Under the pieces are notes generated by a model that saw only the letters and a program-made list of their open reading frames with translations, had not been told where the DNA came from and did no database searches. Positions 12,237 through 24,224 of a stretch of 64,000 nt of DNA are shown here, one piece after another; the stretch's first letter is position 1, and each line of letters opens with the position of its first letter. Location of the stretch: assembly GCA_047495785.1 (NCBI GenBank), contig JBLDXI010000054.1, positions 1,364,001-1,428,000 of the forward strand. The letters are read 5' to 3'. Source of the stretch: Lepidodermella squamata (taxonomy: Eukaryota; Animalia; Gastrotricha). The position numbers and the translations under genes are program-made.

Positions 12237-13615
12237 AATAGCAATTCGAGAATTGAGATACATTTATTTTTTCTAACAACCTCTTTTCGGCGTGGGGCAT
12301 TATATCCCCTAAACTGTTCGTAAATGTAATCCTATCACAATCCCCTAAGATTGAATATGTTTTAATAAACCTTGAGGCGTCACGATGAACAAGCTCCTTT
12401 CTCCTTTCATACAAAGGATTCGTAGATTCAGAAATCGCGAAAGCCTCTAAGTTGTGTGGAGGTCCATCTTCTTAGCAACGGTTTTTGCGGTGAGCTTCGA
12501 CTTCGAATGTACAGAGGGCAGAAGTTTTGTCTGAAAAATGTTGCAAGAGCTGATCACCTCAATTTTCAAGCTGAACCCGGAAAAACGCTACACGATGATT
12601 TTTTACATAGGGTGTTCGAATTCAGTCAAAATATTGCCGAATTTCGCACCCTTAATGACTTCATCCAAGGTCCAAATCACCAACTCCTATGATAATCTCG
12701 GTTTTTCATCAAAATCTACTGCTGAAACTTGGGATCCTTAGGAGTTTGTTTCCTTTATTTACTGGACTGTAAAACATTGTTCTGCCCAAATTTAAGGCCA
12801 TTTTTTGCGCTGAGTTCAGCACAGGTCATTGAAATTAAGTGTATATGAAATGCCCTGTATCAGGACTACCTCTTCGGCTCCAGATGGTTCTCAGGAGACA
12901 CTTACGAGTTCAATGCGCTAAATGAGCGCATTTATTACGTGAGAGCGTGAAATATCGCAAAAAATATCGGACGAACCAGAAAAACCAGAAAAAGACGATG
13001 ACATACCTGTGAGCGAGAAAAATAGTGAATAAAAACAAAGCAATAGGCGAAACATCGCAACCTAACAGAGTTTCAAATATTTAGAAAATCGAAGTTCGCA
13101 TCCTCGAAGCAAAGTGCTATGACCCTCGATAACCCAGAGCCCCATGTTAATCTGGGCTGTACCCGCCGGCCCCGTGTCCAGCATTGCCGTGACCTCCGAG
13201 ACCACTGAAAGTCAGCCTGTAGACGGCAAATCAGTCCTTTTGGAGATAAAATTTGAAAAAATGAGAGCAAATCAAAGCCATGGCCAAGCCATATTTTTAA
13301 ACCTGAAAACGATAAGGACGATATAATATTATTCCTTTTGATTTTTTCTATTTAATGTGAGGATCAATAAAATTTATTCATTATTTTGTTGGGTCACTTT
13401 TGAATTTGAAATCAGGAAATTAAAAAAATTATGAACGTCGTTTCTATGGCCTTGATTTGTTGTCACAAAGGATTAATGAGAACAAGTTTGATAAAAATTG
13501 CGATTTTTATTCCAAATTTTAGTTAGCAAAATTTCATTGATAACAAGGCGAATTATTGTGAGTATGAAGAGCACATAATTTTATAAAAAAAAGTGTTAAT
13601 CCCCGCGGAGTAGCC

Positions 13616-14872
13616 TCATCCCTGGAAACCTCCAGGGTAGCCTTGGGCGCCGTAGCCACCGGCACCATAGCCGCCAGCAGCACCAGGATAGCCGCCGAAT
13701 CCGCCGGCGCCGTAGCCACCGAAACCAGCGCCTGGATAACCGCCAAATCCACCGTAGCCTTGCCCAGCAAAACCAGTAGCTCTGAAATAAATAACGTGGA
13801 TATTGAAAGCCAAGATAAGGAAAAGTTCATTCATATGAATATTTGAATAATAACGACTTAATTAAAAATTTATTAATTAATTAATTAAATATTTAAAAAT
13901 TTATAAGAATGTTGTATAAAACATTATCAGAGTTAATATTAAAATTAATTGATCAGTTCTCAAAATTGATCAAAATTTACAGAATTTTAATAAAAATTTC
14001 AAAAATATTAAAAAATTGATTTAAATAATTTAGATTTGTGTGTGTGCTTGTACTCACCCTGGGTAGCCTTGGGCACCATAGCCACCAGCACCGTAGCCCT
14101 GGGCGCCATAGGCTCCAGCACCTCCGTATCCGCCAACCTGCGGCGCGTTGCCATACGAGTTGTAGTAGTTGTAGTTCTGGCCCGGAGCCGTGCCGTAGCC
14201 GGACGCCTGGCTGAACGCGCCGCCCTGGCTGTAGCCGCCGCCCGTCGAGCCGTACGCCTGGCGACGGAACCGCTCGAAGCCATCATCGGCATGAATGTCG
14301 CGGCGATCTCGGTCGTTGTCTTCTTCATCGGCCGTGGTCTCTCCCGAATTCTCATCGCTTCTATCTTCGACGTCCTCGTTGGTTTGCTGCAGCGTGGTCA
14401 CCTTGGTACCAGAAATACCCAGGTTGTAGTTCGTTGAGTACCGCTCTTTATCGGCGTCTTCGTCATGGTCAATCGGCGCCTTGGTCGTAGTCGCGGTCTC
14501 TTCAGGATTTTCACCAGTAATACCCACATCTTCATAGGTCTGCTGCAAGTTGGTCACCTTGGTCGCCGAAATGCCCAGGTTGTAGTTCATTGTGTACCGT
14601 TCTTCATCGTTGTCTTCCGGGTGAATCGGCGCCTCCGTTGTAGTAGTTTCTTCGATATTTTCGTTGTTGCCCACGTCTTCAAGGGTCTGCTGTAAATCGG
14701 TCACCTTGGTCCCTGAAATGCCCAGGGCGTAGTTTGTTGTGTGTCGTTTATGCAGAGGGCCAGCGATGACCGCCGTTGCCACGAACAACAAGAAACAAGC
14801 TGTAAAAAAATCGCATTATAATTAAAAAAATATATATATTAAAAATTCATTCCAACCTAAAACACGTTGCAT
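13616..14872 (-). CDS. Secreted Gly/Tyr-rich precursor protein 1 (3 exons)
   Basis: Exon 1 MQRVL(A) spliced to CFLLFVATAVIAGP signal peptide. Three repeats of NYxLGISxTKVTxLQQTxEDV, acidic spacers, RFRR site, then a Q-initiated GGYG/AQGYPG-rich domain ending FQG*. Confidence 0.8.
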
Positions 14873-16531
14873 TGCTACGAACTGTGTTAGTAAATTGAAA
14901 TGTAGGTATTTTGAAGTTTTAAATCTAAATTCTCGTATTTATTTGGCGAAAAGTGGCACGTGCCAGCGGGTCACCTTTAGATGCGTCGTAGTGTCACATG
15001 TCACAACGCAGACATGTCGAGACCAACAATAATATTTGCTGAATACCAGTATTACACTCTCAACTTCATAGTTAAGTGTATAATAATAATATTCGAAAAC
15101 TGAACTTAACCTAACAAAATATCTGGACGTTAAATTTCAAATTAGACTGAAAATTTCGCGATTCACCGCGAATTTTTGTTAATTTTCATAATATTCAGAT
15201 TTAATATTAGGGCTCAATTAATTCCAGTACGACAAATTGAGGTTCGAGGACTAAATTCGAGTATTTATTCCATCCATTTCTATTTGTTTTGTATTTTTTA
15301 TAATTCCCGTAAATATTCATATATCTGAAATTTGTGTTGTGTGTTTTGGGGTTACGAAGGTTAATCGAAAATTTAGGAGGTTGAAATCAATTTTTTTAAC
15401 TAAAATAATAAAATTGAATGATTGTCTTTCAAGCCAAGTTGCGGAGTGAAAAAGGTGGTCATCTGGCTTTTCAGAATCATACTAGGTTTGTATACACGTG
15501 GAGCACTGCGCCCTAAATTCGGCCACTTTTTAGGGTTTTCCTACTTTGTCACCCAGTTGAAATTTTGGAAAATAATTTGCAAAAAACAGGAATATAGAGG
15601 AGTTCTCGGGCTATGGAATGCCGGTATCCGCAGGTCCAGGCGATTTCTGCTCTATGAATATGAGAATTGATTAATAATTAATAACAATAACTTCTCTGAG
15701 CCCGGTAAAATTAAGAAAATTGCAAATTTGAAAACATTTCTACTCTGCTAATCTCACAGCTTCCTGTGATTTTGCGGACTGGCGAAGCACGGGATTTTTG
15801 AAATTGTATTAAATTACAAAGCACAAATATTATTAGACAACTGATCAATATTCCGTCTCAAAATTCTCAGGACACAGATGACAATAAATAATATTTACCG
15901 CATAGGTAACCGCGATGATATCCTACAAAGCCAAGTGATGACTGGTCGAACACGCTAAGGTACTCCTGGGGACATCGACTGGGGACATCGAGTACTCCAT
16001 CGTAATTTATGGAAAGATGAAGGATCACAACAATAAGGATTGCGTTACGATGAGCCCAGATGGTTCAAACCCGATGATCTGCATTTCCTGCGTATACAGC
16101 TCGAGAGACATTTATTAGTTCAATGCATATGCTGGGTCATTTCGCGTGCTGAGCTCATAACATCGTCGCTAGAAAATGCCCGCGCACTATAAAATCGGAA
16201 AAAAAGACGCCCCCTCCCCGACTGGAAAGAATCTGTGCGCTGATTGGCCAGCTGGTTGTAATTCCACCTTGCAGTTATTTTTCTGCTAATAGTTAATATT
16301 TCACTAATTTCAGGTACCAAACCGGAGTCACGATTACTAGCATAGGTGCAAATTCAGCAGGCAGTAAATTCAATATAAAAAAGTTACGAATAATCGAATC
16401 ATTTATTTAGTTCAGTTGTTTCCGGTGCAATCAATCAACAATCATACCATATCGATAATACTATTATAAAAAATCAGAGCTGATTAACAAGTTCAATTTC
16501 GAGCTCAAAACGCCGCATTTCTAAACGACTT

Positions 16532-17396
16532 CTAGCCCTGGTAGCCGCCACCAGGGTAGCCTTGGGCGCCGTACCCACCGGCACCATAGCCGCCAGCAGC
16601 ACCAGCAGGATAGCCGCCGAATCCGCCGGCGCCATAACCACCGACACCAGCGCCAGGGTAACCACCAGCACCGCCGTAGCCTTGGGCAGCATAGCCGGCA
16701 CCTCTGAAAATATTATTGGAAAAATGCGTTAATTAGAAATAAATATTCGAGGCTAGGGAGCAGTATTTAAAAATTAAAAAATTAAAAAAATTAAAATTGA
16801 GAATTAAAAATTAAAAAAATTTGAGAATTTAAATTAAAAATTGAAAATTAAAAAAATTGAAAAATTGATATTTGAAATTTAAATGTTGAATTTTTCTAAA
16901 TTATTAAACAAATTAACTCATATTTTTCTTGACTGTACTCACCCTGGGTAGCCTTGGGCACCATAGCCACCAGCACCGTAGCCCTGGGTACCATAGGCTC
17001 CAGCCCCGCCGTAGCCACCAGCCTGCGGCGAGTTGCCATACGAGTTGTAGTAATTGTAGTTCTGGCCCGGGGCCGTGCCGTAGCCGGACGCCTGGCTGAA
17101 CGCGCCACCCTGGCTGTAGCCGCCGCCCGTCGAGCCGTACGCCTGGCGACGGAACCGCTCGAAGCCATCTTCATTGCCTTCGTCTTCGTCACCAATTTCG
17201 CGGCGATCTCGATTGCTGTCATTTTCAACATTCGAATGTACCGCTTCCTCGCCATGGTTCGTTATCGCCCGTTTACGCCGCAGAGGACCAGCGATGACCA
17301 CCGTTGCGAATAGTAAGACAAAAACTGTGAATAAAAACATGGAAAATTAGCATAATAATTATGATAGTGAAATTGCTTACCAATCGATGACCTCAT
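16532..17396 (-). CDS. Secreted Gly/Tyr-rich precursor protein 2 (paralog, 3 exons)
   Basis: MRSSI(V)FVLLFATVVIAGPLRRKR, short acidic pro-region, DGFERFRR|QAYGSTGGGYSQGG... nearly identical to paralog 1. Ends YQG*. Confidence 0.8.
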
Positions 17397-18313
17397 TTCG
17401 AGTTTTATTAATGTGTGGTATATAAAAGTGTTTTAAATTAGTTGATGTTTTGGGTCAAATTTTGGCACTTTTATAGGCTGACCTTTAGCCACCATCTGCG
17501 CGTGCAATTTTGGCGCGGTTTGTTATCGAGAAAGGATGGCATGCTGTCAGAAAAGCCCTAATTTCGTGTCTAACACGCGATTCGCAAACACGGAAAAGCG
17601 AGTCACACCTGTTCTTAGATTTTACTTGTTTCAACGGGACAAAAACAAAATTCTAAATATAGAATAATTATTCGCGTATTTAAAACAATCAATGAAGCAG
17701 ACTTACCTAAAGCGAATTTTTCTTCAATTTTTCTCAAATTTACGGAAATAATAGTAAAATTATTGGTTTTATCGGAATGATGAATCATCAGCTATTTCTC
17801 CACTTAATTAAATAGAAAAAATGCGGCATGGCGAGAAAAAACAGCGCCAAATTTTTTGCTTTTCAATTTGCATTGTCTCACAGCTGATAACCATCGAAAA
17901 TGTCATTTTTCAGTTCAATTTTCATTGGTACCCCTAATTTAAGGGTCGCAGCCCTAATTTAGAGGCCTAAATGTTAAATCTTCGGGTTATTCGCTTTCCC
18001 TGGGTTCCCAATATTAACTATTATTATTATTTCCAACTAAAAGATCTCATTATTACGCTTATTTTGAACTAACGTAAGTATGAGTTAGAAGTTAGATTTT
18101 AGCTTCGTAGTCGATATCGATTCCAAGTATCGATTTAAAAAATCAGTGATCTTTCCGAGGCTCCAAAAACAATAATTTTTATTTAGGAAAAATAGCTGCT
18201 AATTCAAGAAAGATTAGACACAACAACGATGAAAAAGATTCGATAAATTGTCGACAGATATTAAAACTTGAAACAACTCTTATAAGATTTTTCTGTTCAG
18301 ATACTCATCGAAT

Positions 18314-18623
18314 TTAAAATGCGCCACTAATGCCGAGAGTCGACACGCTGATGATGATAAAAGCAACCAGAGCAAGGGCGAACATGGCAACAGCCCGGCA
18401 ATTTGACGACTTTTTCGGCCGATTTCTGGCGGAAACTGACCAGCCAGAAGATGAAAATCGCGTAGACGGTGCACGCTGTGCTGAACAGCGTCAGCATTTG
18501 AATGTGAAAATTAAGCAGCACGTTTTGCGAGGTTTTCGGAATTTTCGACAGGACCTGGCCTTGGCAAACGGCGAAGGCCAGAACAAGATATGTAGACACT
18601 AAAACAGATTCGATCGCTGTTAC
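18314..18623 (-). pseudogene. Duplicated, damaged copy of the last exon of the Cys-loop channel gene
   Basis: Near copy of 21426-21773 with its intron flank and 3' flank (block about 18110-18735 vs 21205-21900). Carries a 4-bp insertion (atat) after SVY and a deletion before AMFAL. Confidence 0.8.
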
Positions 18624-18903
18624 CTATAAAAAATATAGAAAATATACACTAAAACTTTGCAAACAAAAGATGGGAAATGACGAAAAAAGTTAAGTCTAAT
18701 TTTATTCCAATTTTAATAATTTTCCAAAATTAATGTCACACTGATTTTAGCGGTCCACTTTGCCAAGCTGTCGGAAAAAATTACCAAGATCGTATAAGTT
18801 GAGTCAGCATTAAATTCCTCGAAAAACTATCGTAGTAATCGCCGGCTTTCCATTTACGTTATCAATATCCACGGATACAACATACAAAAAATACTTACAC
18901 ACT

Positions 18904-19504
18904 TGGGGGTTATTTTCGAAGCTGTCTTTATGATAAAGTCGACTCTATCGATAAAGTCGGCTTCATTTCCTAAAGTCGACTTTAGCTAAAGTTAGCTGAT
19001 CTCAGCTAGTTTACATGATAGACATAGAGCTAGCTTTGTCCACAACGTGATTTTCGAAGATAAAGCCGACTTTATTAGTGAAAAGTCGTATTTATCCTGC
19101 ATATAGATAGGTACTAGAGCCGACCATCCTCGTCTTTATCGCCTTAAAGTCGGCTTTATCGGCATATTTTTGTCCCCAGACGAATGATTTGACCCTAAAA
19201 GCTCTCGTGCGACGTCGTTTTTTTTATGATTTATCACAACAAAAATGCTGGCAAAATGTAGGTCATGGATAATTATGAGCGATTTATGATACCGTCATTC
19301 ATTAATTTCTACGAAATAGCATGACAAAGATGGCTTTACGCAATAAAGTCGACTTTAGCAAAGGACGGCTTCGAAAATGCTCCCTCTTAAAGTTGGCTCT
19401 AACAATAATGTCGGCTTTATCGTCTGCAGATAAAGCCGACTTTATAGTGGTAAATGGTGTAAAGTCGACTTTATCTATAAAGACAGCTTCGAAAATAACC
19501 CCCA
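18904..19504. mobile_element. MITE with GGGGG-terminal inverted repeats and many internal aaagtcgacttt palindromes
   Basis: tgggggttattttcgaagctgtcttta ... taaagacagcttcgaaaataaccccca. Non-coding; no clean TSD. Confidence 0.75.
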
Positions 19505-19785
19505 TTGATGAAAATTCTACATGCACGCGTTCTACTACGTGGTGCTTCCCGTGCTTCCCCCGTTTTTTTCATCATTTTTCATTATTATCATTCATGCGAG
19601 GCGACTTGACTCGTAACTGATTTCTTGTTTCGGTGATTGATATGATCGTTACAACGAGAAGGGTAACAACGATACGAAATATTTTCCTCCATTCTCTCAT
19701 GTTATCCAGTCTCAAAGTGGATAATATATTTGCCCATGAATTGATTACATTAGATATTTTTTCAAATTCAAAGAGATATTTCCTA

Positions 19786-20851
19786 ATGGATGCACGCATG
19801 GACATATGCTTTTTCTGTACCGATCGCTTGGCAACGATCACTCCACATTGTGGCCATCGCTTATGCTGCGATGCTTGTTTTAAGCAGACGCAGTTGCTAG
19901 AAAGCGGCGCTCCAAATTGTTTGGCGTGTCGTGCGGCAGTAGATGCATTTCACGATTCGACCTATTTACAGTTGCAACCATGTCGCCTGGCTGATCATCT
20001 CGACACCTACCTAGGTCTTCGAATGGACTATCCATTCGGCGCTTTGCTATTTGGCGATAAGCAAATAAGCGCCGATGAACAGGTAATAGCAGTTGTCAGA
20101 GAGGCTATGCAAGCCGTCGAAGCTTCAAAGCTGTCGCTCCGCGATCTGAGGCGGGCCTTGGAAAACCGCCTCACAATGGCACAGTTTAGAATGGTGTTCG
20201 GCGAGCTTTGCAAGTTTCAAGACTTGCATAGCGTACTGCAGATGATCGACCAGCGAACTTTCGAGCAAAGAGTTGTCATCACGACCAAGATCGAAGAAGC
20301 TGACCACAACTTGTTTGGTAAAGCTATCGGTTCACGGGAAATCGTCGCCACCATTAATGTGCGTCTTGTGTTTAGATTACTTGCGGCGTTTCATTTATCG
20401 TAATACGTTCCTGTCATCGATGAAAGAGACGACAATTACCGAAGATCAACCGCTGACGCCACGTGAAATCATCGAAAAAGCAGCGGCAAAACTCTACATA
20501 AGTATCGAATTGGACGATTTCGAAGAGGCGCAAAAGCGATTCCGTCGAGCCCTGCTCGAAAACCACCCTGACAAGTTTCCGGACGCAAGCGATGAAGAGA
20601 AAGTAAGGCGAACGATGGAAACAGCCGATCTGCTTGCTTGTTGGCAGATTGTCCGAGAGTATTACAGCGAGCAAGGTAAAATTGATGGCAGCCACTGTAA
20701 CGAAGTCTTCATCAAAATATCTGCCCTCAAAGTGTTCGATCCTGTCAAAAACCAGTGGCGAATTGTTCGCACCTTTTTCGGCTACGCGAGCCTTGGTCGA
20801 GACATTGACCCTTCCAAGGAAAAAATCGAACAAGTGATGCTATACTTGTAA
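19786..20851 (+). CDS. RING-HC finger + J-domain (DnaJ) protein, 2 exons (intron 20318-20375); 5' end uncertain
   Basis: CFFC...CGHRLCCDAC...CLAC RING. A 58-nt GT-AG intron (gtaaag...tttag) joins HNLF-G|AT to DYLRRF in frame. J-domain KRFRRALLENHPDKF with the HPD motif. Confidence 0.75.
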
Positions 20852-21137
20852 AAACTGAGTTGACATCTAAGGTTCAAGGCGCAATTTATTGGCCCTTTAC
20901 CAATGCCCATCGTGCTTGCAATATGAAAACATTTAGGCATATTCAATTTCGCTCATGAAAAGCCTGTATCTGTTGTGCTATTTAATTCTCCTCTCTAATT
21001 AAAGTAAAAATGAAACTGGGAATAAATGAGGTTTCACAACAATTGCCTTTTGATTTACTTGGCTGTATTCAAACTCATCTGGCTTGAAAAAGTTCAAATT
21101 TCAGCAAATTTCAAATTTCAGCGCCATCGGTAAGTTC

Positions 21138-21229
21138 AATCGATTCCATGTATCGATTTCACAAATCAATCGATTCCAATTATCGATTTCGAAAATCAAT
21201 CGATTCCTAGTATCGATTTCACAAATCAA
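21138..21229. repeat. 30-bp minisatellite, 3 copies
   Basis: aatcgattccNNNtatcgatttcNNaaatc x3; one related unit in the duplicate block near 18117. Confidence 0.8.
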
Positions 21230-21425
21230 GTGATTTTTCCCATAACAGCTGTCCGAGAAGCCAGCATTGATATTTTTCCACATACATTTTAGGGTTTATT
21301 TAACTATAAATACGGGAAAATAGCTGCATATTCAAGTAAAATTAGAAATAACATCGAAGAAAAAGATCGATAGTATTTACAATTTAAACAACTCTCTTAT
21401 AATGATTTTTTCATCGAATTTAAAA

Positions 21426-24059
21426 TTAAAACGCGCCACTGATGCCTAGAATCGACACGTTGATGATGATAAACGCGACGAGAGCAAGAGCGAACATGGC
21501 GAGATCGATCGCCCTAGCTGCCTTCATCTGCCCAGCCGCGCCACAGCCCGGCATTTTGACGATTTTTTCGGCCGATTTTTGGCGGAAACTGACCAGCCAG
21601 AAGATGAAAATCGCGTAGACAGTGCACGCTGTGCTGAACAGCGTCAGCATTTGAATGTGGAAATTAAGTAAAACGTTTTGCGAGGTTTTCGGAATTTTCG
21701 ACAGCACCTGGCCCTGGCAAACGGCGAAGGCCAGAACAAGGTAGACGCTGAAACAAATTCGATCGCTGTTACCTATAAAAAATAAAAAAATATTCGGAAA
21801 AATTAGAAAACGAAAATTTTGCAAAAGATTAGGTAATGAAAAAAACTGTGAAGCCTAATTTTTATTCCATTTTTTTATAATTTTCTAAAATATGCCAGAT
21901 TTTGGTACCAAAAGCTGGGGACTTTGTAGTTCTCGAATTAGGCAGAATTTTTTCGCAATTCAGTTATTAGGATTCGAATGGAAATTTTGAAAAATTCTGA
22001 GAATTCAACCCCCAAGTTGGGAAATATCAAGAAGCTGTGTTTTCGGAATTCATCTTAGCAAAGCCAACTTAGCCCTTTGCTTCGGCCAGGGTTCAAAACT
22101 TCAAGCTATAAATACAAGCGTGTTTCGCAGCTTTTTTGCGAATTTTTCGCGAATACTCCATTATTTTTCCCGAAAAGTAAATCTGCCGGTAAAATTTCCC
22201 ATGTCCGCAATATGTTACCCATGATCCCACCGAAGAAAATACAATTTAACCGGAGAAAACCCGAAAAAACCCGATGGTAAAAATGGTTCAGTAATTTTCG
22301 GTATTTCGCCTGGTTTTACCCAATTTTCTCGATTTTTCAACTTTTTTCGAAAATTTTGAAGTTTAAATTAGTCTTCCCATGCGATATTGAAGTCTTGCAT
22401 TCTGTATTTCAGCTTCTTATCTTTTTCAAAGTTGAAATTATCCATTGATTTTCGGAAAAGTTTTTCCGATTCCTTTTCCAAGTATGGAACTTGGGACCGT
22501 TCACAACAAATTGCTCCACTATCACATAGGATTGCTTTCAAATTTTATAAAAATTCCAAAATACCGTTTGAGACCTTTGAAATTGGTCCCTTTGAAAAAT
22601 CCAACTTTGCAAATTTTTTGTTTTTTCTTCAATTTATTTCCCGAATTCATAATTTTAGTAATGAAATTTAAGCTTTGAATTGATATTTTTTGAATTTTGA
22701 ATTTTCAAATATGTTAATAATTGTTGGAAATTAGCAAACCTGGCGGCATCAAAAACGCTGCCAATTCAAGTCCGGCTAAAATAAGCGACGGCGCCAGTAA
22801 ATTAGCGATAAAATACTGCGGCCGGCGTTGTAGAACCAGGTGAAACGTCACCTGGCTATACCAGTTCCCATCAACTTGCACCGGCTCGGACTTCAAATAA
22901 TTGCCAACAATCTGCCACTGGGCAATCGAAGCCGCTGCTGTTTCAGTCAAACTCATATTCAACGTTGAATCGAGAAAGGTCAAAAGGTCCGTAGTTTCGA
23001 CGAACGCGAACGAGAAACCGCAGTCTTGGCGATCGAACGGAAAATGGGCAAGGTTCAGCTTACAAACCGCGCTGAAAATGCCGCGCCGTTTCCAGTAGAA
23101 ATAAACGTCCTGAGCTTTTGGCGAAGTCGGCTGAACGTACAGCTCCATGCGGTCATCCATATCGCCGTTGGCATCGTCCATAATAATGTCATCGGCGCTG
23201 TTTGAAAATTCGTAAATCGGCCACCAAACTTGGTTGATTGACCGGACGAGAAGGCGGTCGAGGGCGCCGTAGGATGCGTTGCATTGAACGAGCCATTTTG
23301 ACGCGAGACTGCCAGATAGCGTCACGCTTTCGCCGACATCGTTCAGCGACGCGAGACGGTCGACTGTGAACTCGAGCGTGACGAAAGTTGGCACGCCTGA
23401 CAGGGCGGTGGGCGGGCTGCGGTTTGTTGGCGCGATGCCAGTACACTTCGTAACTAGTACGTCCACTTGCGACAGAGAGGTCGAGTTGGCCTTTGGGAAA
23501 GTTGGGAAAGCTTTCGTTTTCGATATCAGCTCATCGCGCAACTTATCTGAAAAATTCGTAGATTAATAAATTTAAAACTAAATTGGCTTTGAATTTTTTT
23601 TTTAATTTTCCAACTTTTTTTAATCAATTCTAAAATATTTTAATTAATTTTTTTATTAAATTAAATTAAATTAAATTAAATTAATAAATAAATAGGCTAA
23701 TTAATTTATAAAAGTAAACAGATTTTGGTATCCCCAAGTTAAGTTAACACCAAAATGTATGCCTAATTTGAGGCTTTCCCGAAAATCTGGTGTTTCGAAC
23801 TTCACATCTTTCTTTTATAAAATATATTATAAAAAAGATTATCGATTTCACACAACGCTGATTTTTGATAATATATCAATTTTCAAATTATCAAATTTCA
23901 GCGATTTAAGCTTTGAAGCCCAATAAAAAAAATTGATGACTCTATCGACCCTCGATATAAGAACGAATTTATTTAGGTCTTACCTTGCTCGACAGTTGCT
24001 AAAGATCCTATATACATCAAACTAAAGATAATGGCCAAGATCTCGACGTTGAATCGCAT
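21426..24059 (-). CDS. Divergent Cys-loop ligand-gated ion channel subunit (nAChR/5-HT3-like, non-alpha), 3 exons
   Basis: Signal peptide MRFNVEILAIIFSLMYIGSLA. Exon 2 has VWWP, Cys loop CKLNLAHFPFDRQDC, LQRRPQYF and M1. Exon 3 has NSDRICFSVYLVLAF (M2), IPKTS (M2-M3), M3 and AIDLAMF (M4). Splice phases are consistent. Confidence 0.85.
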
Positions 24060-24224
24060 TTTTCAATTGTTAACAAGTCTTCAAGTGAAGTTTTTCACCA
24101 GCCTCAACCTTTGCGTTTATTTCATTTTTTTAAATAAAACTTTCGTTTTTTCCAGTATTTATTCCGTGTAAATAAACACGGTTTAAATTGAATTTTGTTT
24201 TCGCGAAATATCACAGTTCCGGTT

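Noticed and set aside
18904-19504. Repeated palindromes resembling a CRISPR array
   Set aside because: Irregular spacing, short degenerate units, enclosed by TIRs, eukaryotic context, no cas genes.
20341-20403. Programmed frameshift or 17-nt micro-intron linking the RING and J ORFs
   Set aside because: A normal-sized 58-nt GT-AG intron explains the join.
18327-21824. Two hydrophobic ORFs first read as claudin/tetraspan-like genes
   Set aside because: They are M2-M4 of the Cys-loop channel (spliced in phase from MPPG|) and its decayed duplicate.
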